Shown here: positions 50,640 to 60,878 of the stretch, piece after piece
How positions within the stretch are numbered: the first letter of the stretch is position 1
How the letters are laid out: every line of letters begins with the position of its first letter
NCBI GenBank assembly: GCA_963666735.1
Contig: OY762926.1
Span: 2,912,001 to 2,976,000 of the forward strand
Direction of reading: 5' to 3'
DNA length: 64,000 nucleotides
Source of the DNA: Gemmatimonadota bacterium
GTDB taxonomy: Bacteria > Gemmatimonadota > Gemmatimonadetes > Palauibacterales > Palauibacteraceae
The notes under the pieces: model-generated
Seen by the model: only the letters and a program-made list of their open reading frames with translations
Told to the model about the DNA's origin: nothing
Database searches by the model: none
Program-made: the position numbers and the translations under genes

Positions 50640-50749
50640 TCGATGAGGCGGCACATCGGCTGGGCATGCGAGATCAGGTGGCCGTGCGGGCGTCCGCCGC
50701 ATCGTAGTGCGCGTCGAAGTGGATGACGCCGACGTTCTCCTTGCCGTAC
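50640..50749 (-). pseudogene. Diverged fragment of the agmatinase gene (homologous to 39163-39273)
   Basis: YGKENVGVIHFDAHYDA..HGHLISHAQP with several synonymous changes and a 1-bp deletion. Confidence 0.85.
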
Positions 50750-51208
50750 GGGAGGAAGACCGTCCTGTCGCCCTCCAAGTCTGAAGGGCCTCGATCAGCA
50801 GGGATGTCGGGCACGCTCCGGCGGCGGCCAACTCGTCAATCACCCAGAGGACGCCGTGCACGCAAAGCCCCTCGTCGGTGGCGACTCTGCGGAGTTGGGC
50901 GTCTCCCGTCAGCAGGATCCCCCGACGAACACGCGCGGTCACCAGACAGAAGCAGTCGTTCGCAGACAGGGCACGGTGGCGCTCCGCGAGCGCAACGGCC
51001 TGCCCGACCTCGGCCGGTGTCAGATCGTGGGTGATCATGCCGTGGTCGTCGAGGTGCTTCCATTGCTCGTCGGAGAAGTGGAGGACTTCAGAAACGCGTA
51101 CAGCAGCGGGATCACTAGTCGGTAGGGCAACCTGTGAAGGATCTCCAACAAGTCACCCTTGCGGAGGTCGATCAGGCAGGAAGCGTCGTTGACAATGACA
51201 CGTGTCAA
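50750..51208 (-). pseudogene. PIN-domain protein (frameshifted, 3' truncated)
   Basis: TTG start overlapping the upstream stop; VIVNDASCLIDL, LSANDCFCL, LLTGDAQLRR, VHGVLWVIDEL. Confidence 0.75.
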
Positions 51209-52284
51209 TGGATGGCCGGGCCGGTGATCTGTTGCTCGACCACGTCGAGGGATTCGTTGAGGAGAGTGGCCGCCCGGACCGGCGAGATCAGCTCTTCGCC
51301 AACAGCGCGCCAGACTAGGCCCTTGAAGCGCTGGGGCTTCTCGAACGCCCCGAACCCCTGGTTGCCATCGATAGGTTCCGGTTCGGATTTCCGCCAGGAG
51401 CGGGCGAAGGTTCGAAACGCGCGCTGGACCGCGTCACGAGGCAGCACGCCGACCTGGCCAAGGCGTACCAGCATGGCCGCCGCTGATACACCGTACATGT
51501 GCTTGAGGCGGACGATTTCATGATAGGTGATGCGGCGGCGGTCTTCCCCCGCTTCTTGAATGAGATGTTGGCCCGGCACCAGGAAGGCACCTGCGAAACG
51601 GTTCATGGCCGCTTCCAGCTTGATGGCCGGGTTGCCGGTGGAACGGATGATCCTGTGCGCGAGTTCGTGGGCCAGGGTGGATCGTTTCCGCTCCACGTTG
51701 GTCCGGCTCGATACGAGGACGGCGTCGGCGACCGGCTTGCCTTCTCGCAGGACTTGGCAGGCCAGCCCGTTGATGCGCTCGGGGAGATCGTCTTCGATCA
51801 CCTTTATCCCTTTGTCCTCCAGGAGGGCGCACAGGCTGGGGACCGGATCCAGGCCGAGATCCCATGCGTTGCGAAGTTGATCGGCTCTGTCGTCGATTTC
51901 TTCGAGATCGGCAACGCTGTCGTACCGGCAGCCTTCAAAACGGTCGCTCGCGGGCGGAATGCCGAGGACCTCTTCGATGGTCAGGTATCGCTCGAGGTTG
52001 TCGATCAGCACGGCTTCGGCCTTGGCGCGATCCCGGACGGAGGTGTTGGAGTGCTTCCGGAACTCGAGGCCGTCGAGGACCTCGACCTGGGAGCTCATGA
52101 GGAAGTCCAGCGAGACATCGAGAGCCTGCCCGAGACCGACCAGGACGGCCGAAGACGGCATCATCTTCCCCGCCTCGTACTTGCTGATGGCCTGAGCGGT
52201 GACCTTCGGATCCATCCGTTCGGCCAGCGCCCGCATGGAAAGGCCGGCGCGTTTGCGGGCGAGCCGTAGCCGTTTTCCAAACAT
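51205..52284 (-). CDS. XRE-HTH plus ImmA/IrrE-family metallopeptidase
   Basis: MFGKRLRLARKRAGLSMRAL..AISKYEAG HTH; STLAHELAH (HExxH); NRFAGAFL. Confidence 0.9.
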   Translation of the reverse strand: MFGKRLRLARKRAGLSMRALAERMDPKVTAQAISKYEAGKMMPSSAVLVGLGQALDVSLDFLMSSQVEVLDGLEFRKHSNTSVRDRAKAEAVLIDNLERYLTIEEVLGIPPASDRFEGCRYDSVADLEEIDDRADQLRNAWDLGLDPVPSLCALLEDKGIKVIEDDLPERINGLACQVLREGKPVADAVLVSSRTNVERKRSTLAHELAHRIIRSTGNPAIKLEAAMNRFAGAFLVPGQHLIQEAGEDRRRITYHEIVRLKHMYGVSAAAMLVRLGQVGVLPRDAVQRAFRTFARSWRKSEPEPIDGNQGFGAFEKPQRFKGLVWRAVGEELISPVRAATLLNESLDVVEQQITGPAIH

Positions 52285-52309
52285 GCTGTCCTCCTTCACG
52301 TGACGATGG

Positions 52310-52343
52310 TTGACAGACTGCGTTATCATACCAAAAGTGTCAA
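52310..52343. promoter_or_regulatory. Inverted TTGACA boxes in the divergent intergenic region
   Basis: TTGACA (52310) and TGTCAA (52338) flank an AT-rich spacer between the HTH-ImmA gene and the AAA/S8 operon. Confidence 0.4.
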
Positions 52344-52521
52344 TTGTCGGTTGTGTGCCACGCGAACTCGGACTAGTCGACCACCTATCACACTGGGGAC
52401 GAAGGGAAGGGAGCATGAACGAGGACAGATCGTGCCGCCTAGAGCGTGGAAACGGGCGCGATACCGAATGAGTCGCTACGTTCCCACCGATCCGATTCGC
52501 ACTTCCCAACCGGAGGCTTCC

Positions 52522-53511
52522 ATGGCCAGTGCCGAGCAGCTCAAGGCGTTGCTGAGGTCGCATCTGGAAGGCGACAACGACCGATTCATCTCGGTCGCCA
52601 TGCAGGTCGCCGCCCACGAGGCAAGGGTCGGGCACGGGAAACTGGCCACCGATCTGCGCGACATTATCGATAAGGCCAAGAGCCGGCGCGAGGCAGGATC
52701 TCCGGTCCCGATTGGTCGGCCGCGCGGGGAGCTGGCCAACCTGCTCCAGGTTTCCTACCCCAAGGCGCGGCTCGGGGACATGATCCTCGGGAAGGCCTTG
52801 GCGAGGCGGATTCACCGGGTCGTTCGCGAACAGCGCCACGCCGGCGAGATCCTTGACCACGGCCTCTCGCCGAGGCGCAAGCTCCTGCTCGTGGGCCCTC
52901 CAGGCACCGGGAAGACGCTGTCCGCCTCCGTTCTGGCAGGGGAACTCCGTCTCCCGCTGCTTCAGGTTCGGCTCGACGGCCTGATCACCAGGTTCATGGG
53001 AGAGACGGCAGCCAAGCTGCGCCAGATCTTCGACGCCACCGGCCAGACAAGAGGCGTCTACTTCTTCGACGAGTTCGACGCCATCGGTTCGGAACGCGGG
53101 ATCTCCAACGACGTGGGCGAAATCCGGCGTGTGCTGAACAGCTTCCTCCAGATGATCGAGCAGGACGACTCCCACAGCATGGTGATGGCAGCGACGAATC
53201 ATCCAAGGGTGCTCGACCGGGCACTCTTCCGTCGCTTTGACGACATTCTTCACTTCGAGATGCCGGACGTCTCCCAAATCGCCGAGCTACTGCAAACGCG
53301 GCTTGGTTCGGCCGCCTCGCGGGACATCGCGTGGAGCGGTCTCGCCGACTGCGCCGAGGGACTGAGCTTCGCGGATGTGGCGCGAGTAGCAAACGATGTT
53401 CTCAAGGACGCACTGGTCGGGCAGAGGGCGCGGATCCAGGAGGAGGAGATTCGGGTCGTGATCGACGAGCTCAAGGCGGTCGGCAACAGGCTGGCGGAGC
53501 CAAGCGCGTAG
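52522..53511 (+). CDS. AAA+ ATPase (IetA-like)
   Basis: GPPGTGKT, FFDEFDAIG, DVGEIRRVLNSFLQ, ATNH..LDRALFRRFD. Confidence 0.88.
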   Translation: MASAEQLKALLRSHLEGDNDRFISVAMQVAAHEARVGHGKLATDLRDIIDKAKSRREAGSPVPIGRPRGELANLLQVSYPKARLGDMILGKALARRIHRVVREQRHAGEILDHGLSPRRKLLLVGPPGTGKTLSASVLAGELRLPLLQVRLDGLITRFMGETAAKLRQIFDATGQTRGVYFFDEFDAIGSERGISNDVGEIRRVLNSFLQMIEQDDSHSMVMAATNHPRVLDRALFRRFDDILHFEMPDVSQIAELLQTRLGSAASRDIAWSGLADCAEGLSFADVARVANDVLKDALVGQRARIQEEEIRVVIDELKAVGNRLAEPSA

Positions 53512-53530
53512 TCGGCGCACGGTCCCCACA

Positions 53531-56041
53531 ATGGCGAACGAAAACGATGGGCGGAATCGGCACTTCATTCTCGAAGGCGTAACAGAGACCGAGGGGTATC
53601 GATATCCAGGTGGTGGTGGTGGAGATGGCCCGGCGATTCCCGAACGCGACCGGAGCACCCACGCCGCAGCGCTCCGAGGGCAACTGAGCGAAGTTCGCGC
53701 AACTGCCGAGGCCACTGCGGATGCCCAGCGGGACGCCGGGATGGAAGAGGGTCTGGGACTGCAGGTCGAATTCGAGAGCTTCCCCGATTTGGAGTTGGCC
53801 TTCGAGAGCTTGGCTCGAGAGAACCAGGGGATCGAGTTGCTGAATGTTCGCCATGGAAAAAAAACCACGCGCGCCACGGTTTTCTTGCCCGACGGCAAGC
53901 TCGATCACTTCGAGAACTTGATCGTAGCCTATCTGGAGCGCCGCAAGGATTCTCGTGATTATCCTCGAGACAACAGGCGGCTGCTCGACACCATCCAGCA
54001 GATCAGGGCGGCGAGCCTTCGGGCGCTCTGGACCGATGACGACGACGCGTTCCCCACCGATGAAACTGAGCCAGTGTGGTGGGAAGTGTGGCTACCCCTT
54101 AGGGGAAACCGACAAGCAACGACCGATGCGTTTCGCGAGAGAGCTGGCCTCCAAGGCATGCGCGTGGCCAAGGGAGATCTGCGATTCCCGGAGCGTACCG
54201 TCCTCTTGGCGCGTGCCTCGGTGGAGCAGCTGCGGGCGTCCATGGTCACACTGAACAACATCGCCGAACTGCGGCGCCCGAAGGAGACGGCGGAGTTCTT
54301 CGATTCCTTACACCCTTCGGAGCAACTGGAGTGGCTCGAAGACCTCTTGGCCAGGACTCGCTATCCGGACAGTGACGAAGATGTTCCCTATGTCTGCTTG
54401 CTCGACACGGGTGTCAACCGTGGTCATCCGTTGCTGTCCCCGGCGTTGGCCGTCGACGACCTGCACACGGTCGAGCCTGGTTGGGGCACCGACGACGGCG
54501 ATGGACATGGAACGGAAATGGCAGGCCTCGCTCTTGCCGGGAACTTGACGGAAGTGCTCGCCGGGAGCGGTCCGGTCGACTTCAGGCACCGGCTCGAATC
54601 AGTGAAGCTACTGCCGCACGATGGCGCGACAGGTACCGATCCGGAGCACCACGGATACCTCACGATCGAAGCTGCTGCTCGGCCCGAAATCACCGCTCCG
54701 GGCCACCGACGAGTGTTCGGCATGACCATCACGGCTCGAGACAACCGCGACCGCGGACGACCGTCTGCGTGGTCATCGGCCCTCGATGCATTGGCGGCCG
54801 ACTCATCCGAACACGGTAGCCATCCGCGGCTGCTCGTCGTATCGGCGGGCAACGTCGACGACCCCATGGCGTGGAGCAACTATCCGGTAAGCAACGACTC
54901 GGACGGTGTGCATGATCCAGCCCAGGCCTGGAACGTGCTGACGGTGGGCGCGTGCACTGACTTGGTGCGGGTGACTGGACCGGACACCCGCGGATACGCA
55001 CCTATCGCCCAGAAGGGGGGGTTGAGTCCGTATAGCACCACATCTTTGCCATGGGAAAAGCACTGGCCGCTGAAGCCGGATATCGTGATGGAAGGTGGGA
55101 ATGCCGCACGTGACTCCCTGAGCGCGGCGTCGCTCCCGAGCCTCAGCCTCTTGACGGCGGGCCACCGCCCTGCGGAGCGAGCCTTCACCACGGCTCACGC
55201 CACCAGCGCATCGTCCGCGCTCGCCGCCCGCTTGGCAGCCAGGGTGATGGAAGCATATCCGGGCCTCTGGCCGGAGACGGTTCGCGGGTTGATCGTGCAT
55301 TCTGCCGAGTGGACCGACGCGATGAAGGACGCGTATTTGCCCGCAATCGAGAATCCACCGAAGAGAGACTACCAGAGTCTTCTGCGTCGTTGCGGCTTCG
55401 GAGTACCGGATCTGGATCGCGCCCTCTGGAGCGTCGCCAATTCTCTGACCATGGTGGTGGAAGAGACCCTGGTCCCCTTCGAGCGTAGCAGGTCGGGAAA
55501 CGTGGTGACTCGGGACATGCAGATCCACAATCTCCCGTGGCCACAGGGGTCCCTTGAGGGGCTTGGCAATACGCCGGTCGAGATGCGCGTGACCCTCTCG
55601 TACTTCATTGAGCCGAATCCGTCGCGGCGAGGAGTCCGATCACGATACCGATATGAGTCGCACGGTCTTCGCTTTGACGTGAAGCGACCGCTCGAAACCA
55701 TCGACTCATTCCGCGGTCGAATCAGCGCTGCGGCGCGTGACGACGAGTATGCCGGCGGCACGAGCGGTGACGATCCGGCTTGGCTGATCGGTACGCAGAG
55801 CCGCCATCGGGGATCCCTTCACGGCGACATTTGGCGCGGAACCGCAGCCGATCTTGCCAGCCGGGGTGCTATTGCGGTGTATCCCACGTCTGGATGGTGG
55901 AGGACGCGTTCGGCGCTAAGGCACTACGATCGAGCGGTGCGGTATTCCCTGGTGGTCAGCATCCGGGCGCCTGACGTTGACGTGGACCTCTACGCCGAGG
56001 TCGCGAACCAGATTGATGTCGGCGTTCCGGTCGAGATTTGA
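53531..56041 (+). CDS. S8 subtilisin-like peptidase (IetS-like)
   Basis: LLDTGVN (D), HGTEMAG (H), VSAGN, ATSAS (S), LKPDIVMEGGN; directly follows the AAA ATPase. Confidence 0.88.
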   Translation: MANENDGRNRHFILEGVTETEGYRYPGGGGGDGPAIPERDRSTHAAALRGQLSEVRATAEATADAQRDAGMEEGLGLQVEFESFPDLELAFESLARENQGIELLNVRHGKKTTRATVFLPDGKLDHFENLIVAYLERRKDSRDYPRDNRRLLDTIQQIRAASLRALWTDDDDAFPTDETEPVWWEVWLPLRGNRQATTDAFRERAGLQGMRVAKGDLRFPERTVLLARASVEQLRASMVTLNNIAELRRPKETAEFFDSLHPSEQLEWLEDLLARTRYPDSDEDVPYVCLLDTGVNRGHPLLSPALAVDDLHTVEPGWGTDDGDGHGTEMAGLALAGNLTEVLAGSGPVDFRHRLESVKLLPHDGATGTDPEHHGYLTIEAAARPEITAPGHRRVFGMTITARDNRDRGRPSAWSSALDALAADSSEHGSHPRLLVVSAGNVDDPMAWSNYPVSNDSDGVHDPAQAWNVLTVGACTDLVRVTGPDTRGYAPIAQKGGLSPYSTTSLPWEKHWPLKPDIVMEGGNAARDSLSAASLPSLSLLTAGHRPAERAFTTAHATSASSALAARLAARVMEAYPGLWPETVRGLIVHSAEWTDAMKDAYLPAIENPPKRDYQSLLRRCGFGVPDLDRALWSVANSLTMVVEETLVPFERSRSGNVVTRDMQIHNLPWPQGSLEGLGNTPVEMRVTLSYFIEPNPSRRGVRSRYRYESHGLRFDVKRPLETIDSFRGRISAAARDDEYAGGTSGDDPAWLIGTQSRHRGSLHGDIWRGTAADLASRGAIAVYPTSGWWRTRSALRHYDRAVRYSLVVSIRAPDVDVDLYAEVANQIDVGVPVEI

Positions 56042-56099
56042 GATTCCTCGCTGACGGAGAGGGTGTCGCACTACGCAGGCCGAGACGTCACCCTTAGGC

Positions 56100-56374
56100 T
56101 CCAACGGCACGTGGGCGCAGACGACCCCTTGGACGGGCTGCGGTGGCGTTTCCCGCCAACCGATCAGGAAGGCTCGCCGGGCCCGCCCCGAGGTGAGTGG
56201 CGGTCCAGGAACTCGTCGGTGTGGTCGGGGAGGAGCAGGTTGTCGGCGATCGCCGCGATCTCCTCGGCTTCGCGCCACGCTCGCTCCAACTGCGCCAGTT
56301 CGCCTTCGAGCGCGCGCCGTTCCTGCTCTTCGTGCAGCGCCATCTCCAGGGCGAGGCGCGTGGGCTTGGGCATC
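56100..56374 (-). repeat. Copy A: 3' end and downstream flank of a conserved hypothetical gene
   Basis: MPKPTRLALEMALHEEQERRALEGELAQLERAWREAEEIAAIADNLLLPDHTDEFL; homologous to 59325-59594 and 62506-62650. Confidence 0.9.
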
Positions 56375-56543
56375 ACGTCGCCGGACCGCTCCCCCAGACA
56401 GCCGATGCAGCGAAGGGAACGAGAGGACGCGTCGGCGTCGTTGAGAGCGCGATGATGGTCCGGACCGATCATCGGTAGGTGTGTCTCCACGGCCACGGAG
56501 TTATCGTATCGTCGCGCTGGATCCGTGGCCGATGGGACAAGCG

Positions 56544-57014
56544 ATGGACACGCGCACCGAGGAACAGCGTCGGCGGATCATGCGGGCCGTCAAGAGCCGC
56601 GACACGGGGCCCGAGATGGTCGTCCGTCGGCTACTTCACGGCTTGGGCTACAGGTATCGGCTCCAGCGGAAGGATCTGCCGGGAAAGCCCGATGTCGCTT
56701 TCCTGTCTCGGCGGAAGGCGATCTTCGTTCACGGGTGCTTCTGGCACGGCCACGGCTGCCCGAAGGGGCGTCTGCCGAAATCGCGCCTCGACTACTGGGA
56801 GCCGAAGCTCAGCGGAAACAAGGAAAGCGATAAGCGAAAAGAAGAGGAGTTGCGTTCGATGGGGTGGGGTGTGCTGGTGATATGGCAATGCGAGACGGTC
56901 GATCTCGAGGTATTGGCCCGACGCCTACACGGCTTTCTCGGCGGCCGAGCAGCCAGCGCAGGTCGGGGCACGTCGGCATCGAGCGTTAACGACGGAAGAG
57001 GCGCGGGGCCGTGA
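56544..57014 (+). CDS. vsr: Very-short-patch repair endonuclease
   Basis: MRAVKSRDTGPEMVVRR, DLPGKPD, FVHGCFWHGH, VIWQC. Confidence 0.93.
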   Translation: MDTRTEEQRRRIMRAVKSRDTGPEMVVRRLLHGLGYRYRLQRKDLPGKPDVAFLSRRKAIFVHGCFWHGHGCPKGRLPKSRLDYWEPKLSGNKESDKRKEEELRSMGWGVLVIWQCETVDLEVLARRLHGFLGGRAASAGRGTSASSVNDGRGAGP

Positions 57015-58342
57015 GACCCATCGGGATCGACCTCTTTGCGGGGGCCGGCGGGCTCAGCCTTGGCTTCGAGCAGGCCGGCTTCGACGTGGCGGCGGCCATC
57101 GAGGTCGATCCGGTCCACTGCGCCGTCCACGAATTCAACTTCCCTCGCACGGCCACGATCCCCCATCCGGTCGAGACCCTGTCCGGCACCGATATCCTCG
57201 AATCCGCCGGCCTCGCGGGGCACCGGGTCGACTGCGTGTTCGGCGGCGCCCCCTGCCAGGGGTTTTCTCTCATCGGTCAGCGTGCCCTCGACGACCCTCG
57301 CAACGGGCTCGTGCGCGACTTCGTTCGCATCATCGCGGAGATCGAACCCCGAACGTTCGTTTTCGAGAACGTCAAGGGGTTAACGATCGGCCGGCACCGC
57401 AAGTTTCTCGATGAGCTGATCGAGGAGTTCTCCCGGATTGGATACGTCGCGCGCGAACCTTGGCGCGTTCTCAATGCCGGACACTTCGGCACGCCCCAGA
57501 GTCGCGAACGCCTGATCCTGCTGGGCGCCCGAAAGGGCGATGCCCTGCCCGGTTATCCGGAGCCCGTGACCGAGATCCCCAGCCCGCAGCAGCGCATCGT
57601 GGGCTTGCCGGAGGGGCCGACCTGCTCGGACGCGCTGCGAGACCTCCCGGACGTCGACGAGATCGAGGATCTGACGCGTTCGGACGCGACGGACGCCGCG
57701 GTGTACGGCGAGCCGTCGGAGTATGCGGCTGAGTTGCGGTGCCTGTCCGACGATGCCTGGCATTACGGTTATGTGCGCGAGTGGGACCCTTCCGTTCTTA
57801 CGTCGAGCGCCCGTACCGGGCATACGGAGATCTCGCGGCGGCGTTTCCGCGAGACGGCGCCCGGTACCGTGGAACCCATCAGCAGGTTCTTCAGGCTGCC
57901 GGAGTTCGGGGTCTCCAATACGCTGCGCGCAGGTACCGATGGAGCGCGCGGGGCTTTCACCAGCCCTCGTCCGATCCACTACCTCCACGATCGCTGCGTA
58001 ACCGTGCGAGAGATGGCCCGGTTGCACGGGTTTCCCGACTGGTTCCGATTCAACGCCACCAAATGGCACGGCGGACGGCAGATCGGGAACTCGGTCCCTC
58101 CGCCGCTTGCGAGGTCGATCGCCGGCGAGGTCATCCGATCACTCGGCGTGACTCCGGTTCGACCGACGGCCGCGATCTCCCTGGGAGACCCCGCGCTTCT
58201 GTCGTTCGACCCTTCGAGTGCCGCCAAGTACTTCGGCGTCGAACCGCCTCCGAGCCGCCGCGACAGGAAGAGCGGCGCGAGGAAGCGCAGGCAGATCGAC
58301 ATCGAGCGCGAGCGTCTGGGCAGGCAAGCGGCGCGTGTCTGA
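57011..58342 (+). CDS. DNA cytosine-C5 methyltransferase
   Basis: DLFAGAGG, GGAPCQGFS, FENVKG, PQSRER, REMARLHGFPD, QIGNSVPP. Confidence 0.95.
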   Translation: MRPIGIDLFAGAGGLSLGFEQAGFDVAAAIEVDPVHCAVHEFNFPRTATIPHPVETLSGTDILESAGLAGHRVDCVFGGAPCQGFSLIGQRALDDPRNGLVRDFVRIIAEIEPRTFVFENVKGLTIGRHRKFLDELIEEFSRIGYVAREPWRVLNAGHFGTPQSRERLILLGARKGDALPGYPEPVTEIPSPQQRIVGLPEGPTCSDALRDLPDVDEIEDLTRSDATDAAVYGEPSEYAAELRCLSDDAWHYGYVREWDPSVLTSSARTGHTEISRRRFRETAPGTVEPISRFFRLPEFGVSNTLRAGTDGARGAFTSPRPIHYLHDRCVTVREMARLHGFPDWFRFNATKWHGGRQIGNSVPPPLARSIAGEVIRSLGVTPVRPTAAISLGDPALLSFDPSSAAKYFGVEPPPSRRDRKSGARKRRQIDIERERLGRQAARV

Positions 58343-59123
58343 GACGATAAACAGATACCAGGCCGTGATCGAGAAGGTGTTTTTCGATCACTACGCGCCG
58401 GGGATGACCGAGTTCGAGCTCCAGCGGGAAGAGCTTGAGGACGCGGTCACCGCGCTCGGCGTCGCTCGCGTCAAGAATCTCGGCGACATTCCGTACTCCT
58501 TCCGCTACCGAAATCCCTTTCCCGACAGCATTCTCGAAACGCAGCCCGAGGGGCACGAATGGATCATCGAAGGGGCCGGGAAAGGCCGGTATCGGTTCAA
58601 GCTGGTTACGGCGAGCCGTATCCTGCCGCGAGAGGATCTCGTCGTCATCGACATACCGGACGCCACGCCCGAGCTGATCCGGGCGTACCAACTCGACGAC
58701 GAGCAAGCTCTGCTCGCGATGGTGCGTTACAACCGCCTCATCGACACGTTTCTCGGCCTTACGGCCTATAGCCTGCAGAACCATCTCCGGACGACGGTCA
58801 AGGACCTGGGGCAGATCGAGATCGACGAACTCTACATCGGGATCGACAAGCTCGGTTGCCACTACGTGGTCCCCGTTCAGGCGAAGGGCGAAAAGGATCA
58901 GATCGGGATCGTGCAGACGACCCAGGATATCCGCTTCGCCGAGCAGAAGTTTCCCGGCATGCGCTGCCGAGCCATCGCCGCGCAGTTCCTGGACAACGAT
59001 GTGGTGGCGTTGTTCGAGTTGACGCTGCGGGACAGCGAGATCAGGGTCGTGGAAGAACGCCACTACCGGCTGGTGCCGGCCGATCAGCTCGATCCGGAGG
59101 CGATTAGGAGTTATCGCCTGTAA
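58335..59123 (+). CDS. Putative type II restriction endonuclease
   Basis: Overlaps the MTase; QIEIDELYIG..VQAKG PD-(D/E)xK-like core. Confidence 0.7.
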   Translation: MSETINRYQAVIEKVFFDHYAPGMTEFELQREELEDAVTALGVARVKNLGDIPYSFRYRNPFPDSILETQPEGHEWIIEGAGKGRYRFKLVTASRILPREDLVVIDIPDATPELIRAYQLDDEQALLAMVRYNRLIDTFLGLTAYSLQNHLRTTVKDLGQIEIDELYIGIDKLGCHYVVPVQAKGEKDQIGIVQTTQDIRFAEQKFPGMRCRAIAAQFLDNDVVALFELTLRDSEIRVVEERHYRLVPADQLDPEAIRSYRL

Positions 59124-59299
59124 CCGCCATCGAGCGCTACAACGGCGGCTGGCTCCTCCAGCGGCACGGGTACCTGACCCCGGCCCGCGCCCGCGAGAAG
59201 CTCACCCGCCGGGCGGCTTGATGGGGTTAAGCCGCCCCTCTGTCCAAAACAGCGGGACCGCTGCACGCGAATCCCGGCAAGAACATCGTCTAAGTTCAA

Positions 59300-60007
59300 T
59301 CAGGACTGTTCTCGATGGTGCCGCAGCGGGACGCGGCGCGGACGACCCCATGGACCGACTGCCGTGGCGTTTCCTCCAACCGATCGGGAAGGCTCGCCGG
59401 ACCTTTCCCGACGTGAATGGCGGCTCAGGAACTCGTCGGTGTGCTCGGGCAGGAGCAGGTTGTCGGCGATCGCCGCGATCTCCTCGGCTTCGCGCCACGC
59501 TCGCTCCAACTGCGCCAGTTCGCCTCCGAGCGCGCGCCGTTCCTGCTCTTCGTGCAGCGCCATCTCCAGCGCGAGGCGCGTGGGCTTGGGCATCTTGCGG
59601 ACCCATCCGGGCCCGGACAGCCTGACCTGCCCCCCGCGCCCGGGCGCAGGGAGTTCGCGCGCAGTGGTAGCGGACCCTCGCTCGGTGGAATCGGCGATGA
59701 ACCGATGCGGGTCGCCGTGGGATTCGATCCGGGACACCGCTTCCCGGATGTGGCGAGCCGTCGCGCCGGCGCCATTGACTAGGGGAAGGAGAGCGTTGAT
59801 GGCTCGCCTGGCATCGTCGCCCTCGAACGAGTGCGGGCCTTTCCGTGAGAGCGGTCTCTGGTGGATCTCGACGCAAAAGCCGGGTTCGATGTCGTCGGCC
59901 CGTATCCGGGCGAATTGGGTGACCTCCTTCCACGTGAGCGTGTAGGGTGTGCCGTCGGAGCGCCGGAACTGGGCTGCATTGGCCACCGGAGCGGGCGGCG
60001 AACTCGG
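59300..60007 (-). pseudogene. Copy B: 3' two-thirds of the conserved hypothetical gene
   Basis: Closely similar to 62506-63040; stop codon mutated (TGA to CGA relative to copy A); a 14-nt match at 59994-60007 to 63241-63254 indicates an internal deletion. Confidence 0.85.
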
Positions 60008-60029
60008 ATACCGTGGAGGGGAGCTGTGT

Positions 60030-60878
60030 CTACCCTTCCCGGGTTGAGAGGTGATCCAGATCGAGCGGGTCGCTCTCGACGAAGTCGCGGGCGGTCAGGT
60101 CATCCAGAGTCAGGACCACGCCATCCACACGGACGAAGCGCTCGTAGGTCGACTCCGGCTGGGGCAAAGCCGTTAGGCAGAGCTCCCAGTTGTCGATCTC
60201 AAATGCCGGCTCGTCGTCATCTTGGACGAACCAGAACGTCAATTCCACGGCGTCGGCATCCCACGATGGGGCCGCTCGAACTCGGATTTCGCGGAGCGAG
60301 CGGAGGGCACGCCCCTCATCGCTCTGCCTGTCGTGTCTCTCCGACATCCGGTCCATCAACGGCCTGGCGAACACGACAAAGTCGTCGGGAAACGCCGTCC
60401 TCGCTCGCTTCCGGGCCAGCGCGAGGGAGAAGCGACGCGTCTCATCGTCCGTCCGGCATCCCTCGATCCGCTCCCAACCCGCCACGACCGGCTTCTCGAC
60501 CGTCATAACTCGGTCGAGGTCGGCCACGAGGCGGCGGTCCGCCACGCCCGGGATGAAGCCGTAGTTTGGCCGTCGACCTCGCTCGATCTCGTGGAGCACC
60601 TGACCATCAACCTCGACCAGCGGACTAACCTCGACGAAGGGGCGATCCGCGCAGTGCCGGACGAGGTCGCAAGTCTGAGTGAGGACCGCGAAGCCGAGGA
60701 CGGACGTCTCGGCGTTCTCGACTCCTTCGACGACCGCAGTTCTGCCGGCGTCGGTCAGCGGGTTTTGCGCGCTCGTCCGATACAGAAACCAAGCGTCCTC
60801 GACGACGCAGTCGCCCTGACGCCAAGTTGCGACTCTCTCGTCGACCTGCTCACCGATGGCACCGTCAACCGCGCCCAC
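60030..60878 (-). CDS. Hypothetical WRQGD-motif protein, possible MazF/PemK-like fold
   Basis: WRQGDCV..FAVLTQTCDLV..VEVSPL..VADLDRVMTVEK; start uncertain. Confidence 0.55.
   Translation of the reverse strand: MGAVDGAIGEQVDERVATWRQGDCVVEDAWFLYRTSAQNPLTDAGRTAVVEGVENAETSVLGFAVLTQTCDLVRHCADRPFVEVSPLVEVDGQVLHEIERGRRPNYGFIPGVADRRLVADLDRVMTVEKPVVAGWERIEGCRTDDETRRFSLALARKRARTAFPDDFVVFARPLMDRMSERHDRQSDEGRALRSLREIRVRAAPSWDADAVELTFWFVQDDDEPAFEIDNWELCLTALPQPESTYERFVRVDGVVLTLDDLTARDFVESDPLDLDHLSTREG

Noticed and set aside
50640..50749. Agmatinase duplicate as a DGR template/variable repeat pair
   Set aside because: Differences are not adenine-specific, many are synonymous, and no reverse transcriptase is present.
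51205..53277. 690-aa fusion ORF
   Set aside because: The N-terminal half is antisense to the AAA ATPase; the real gene starts at 52284 with an upstream AAGGAGG RBS.
56375..56496. HHRALNDA resembling a DEDDh exonuclease motif fused to repeat copy A
   Set aside because: A single short motif without the other exonuclease motifs; too little to call.
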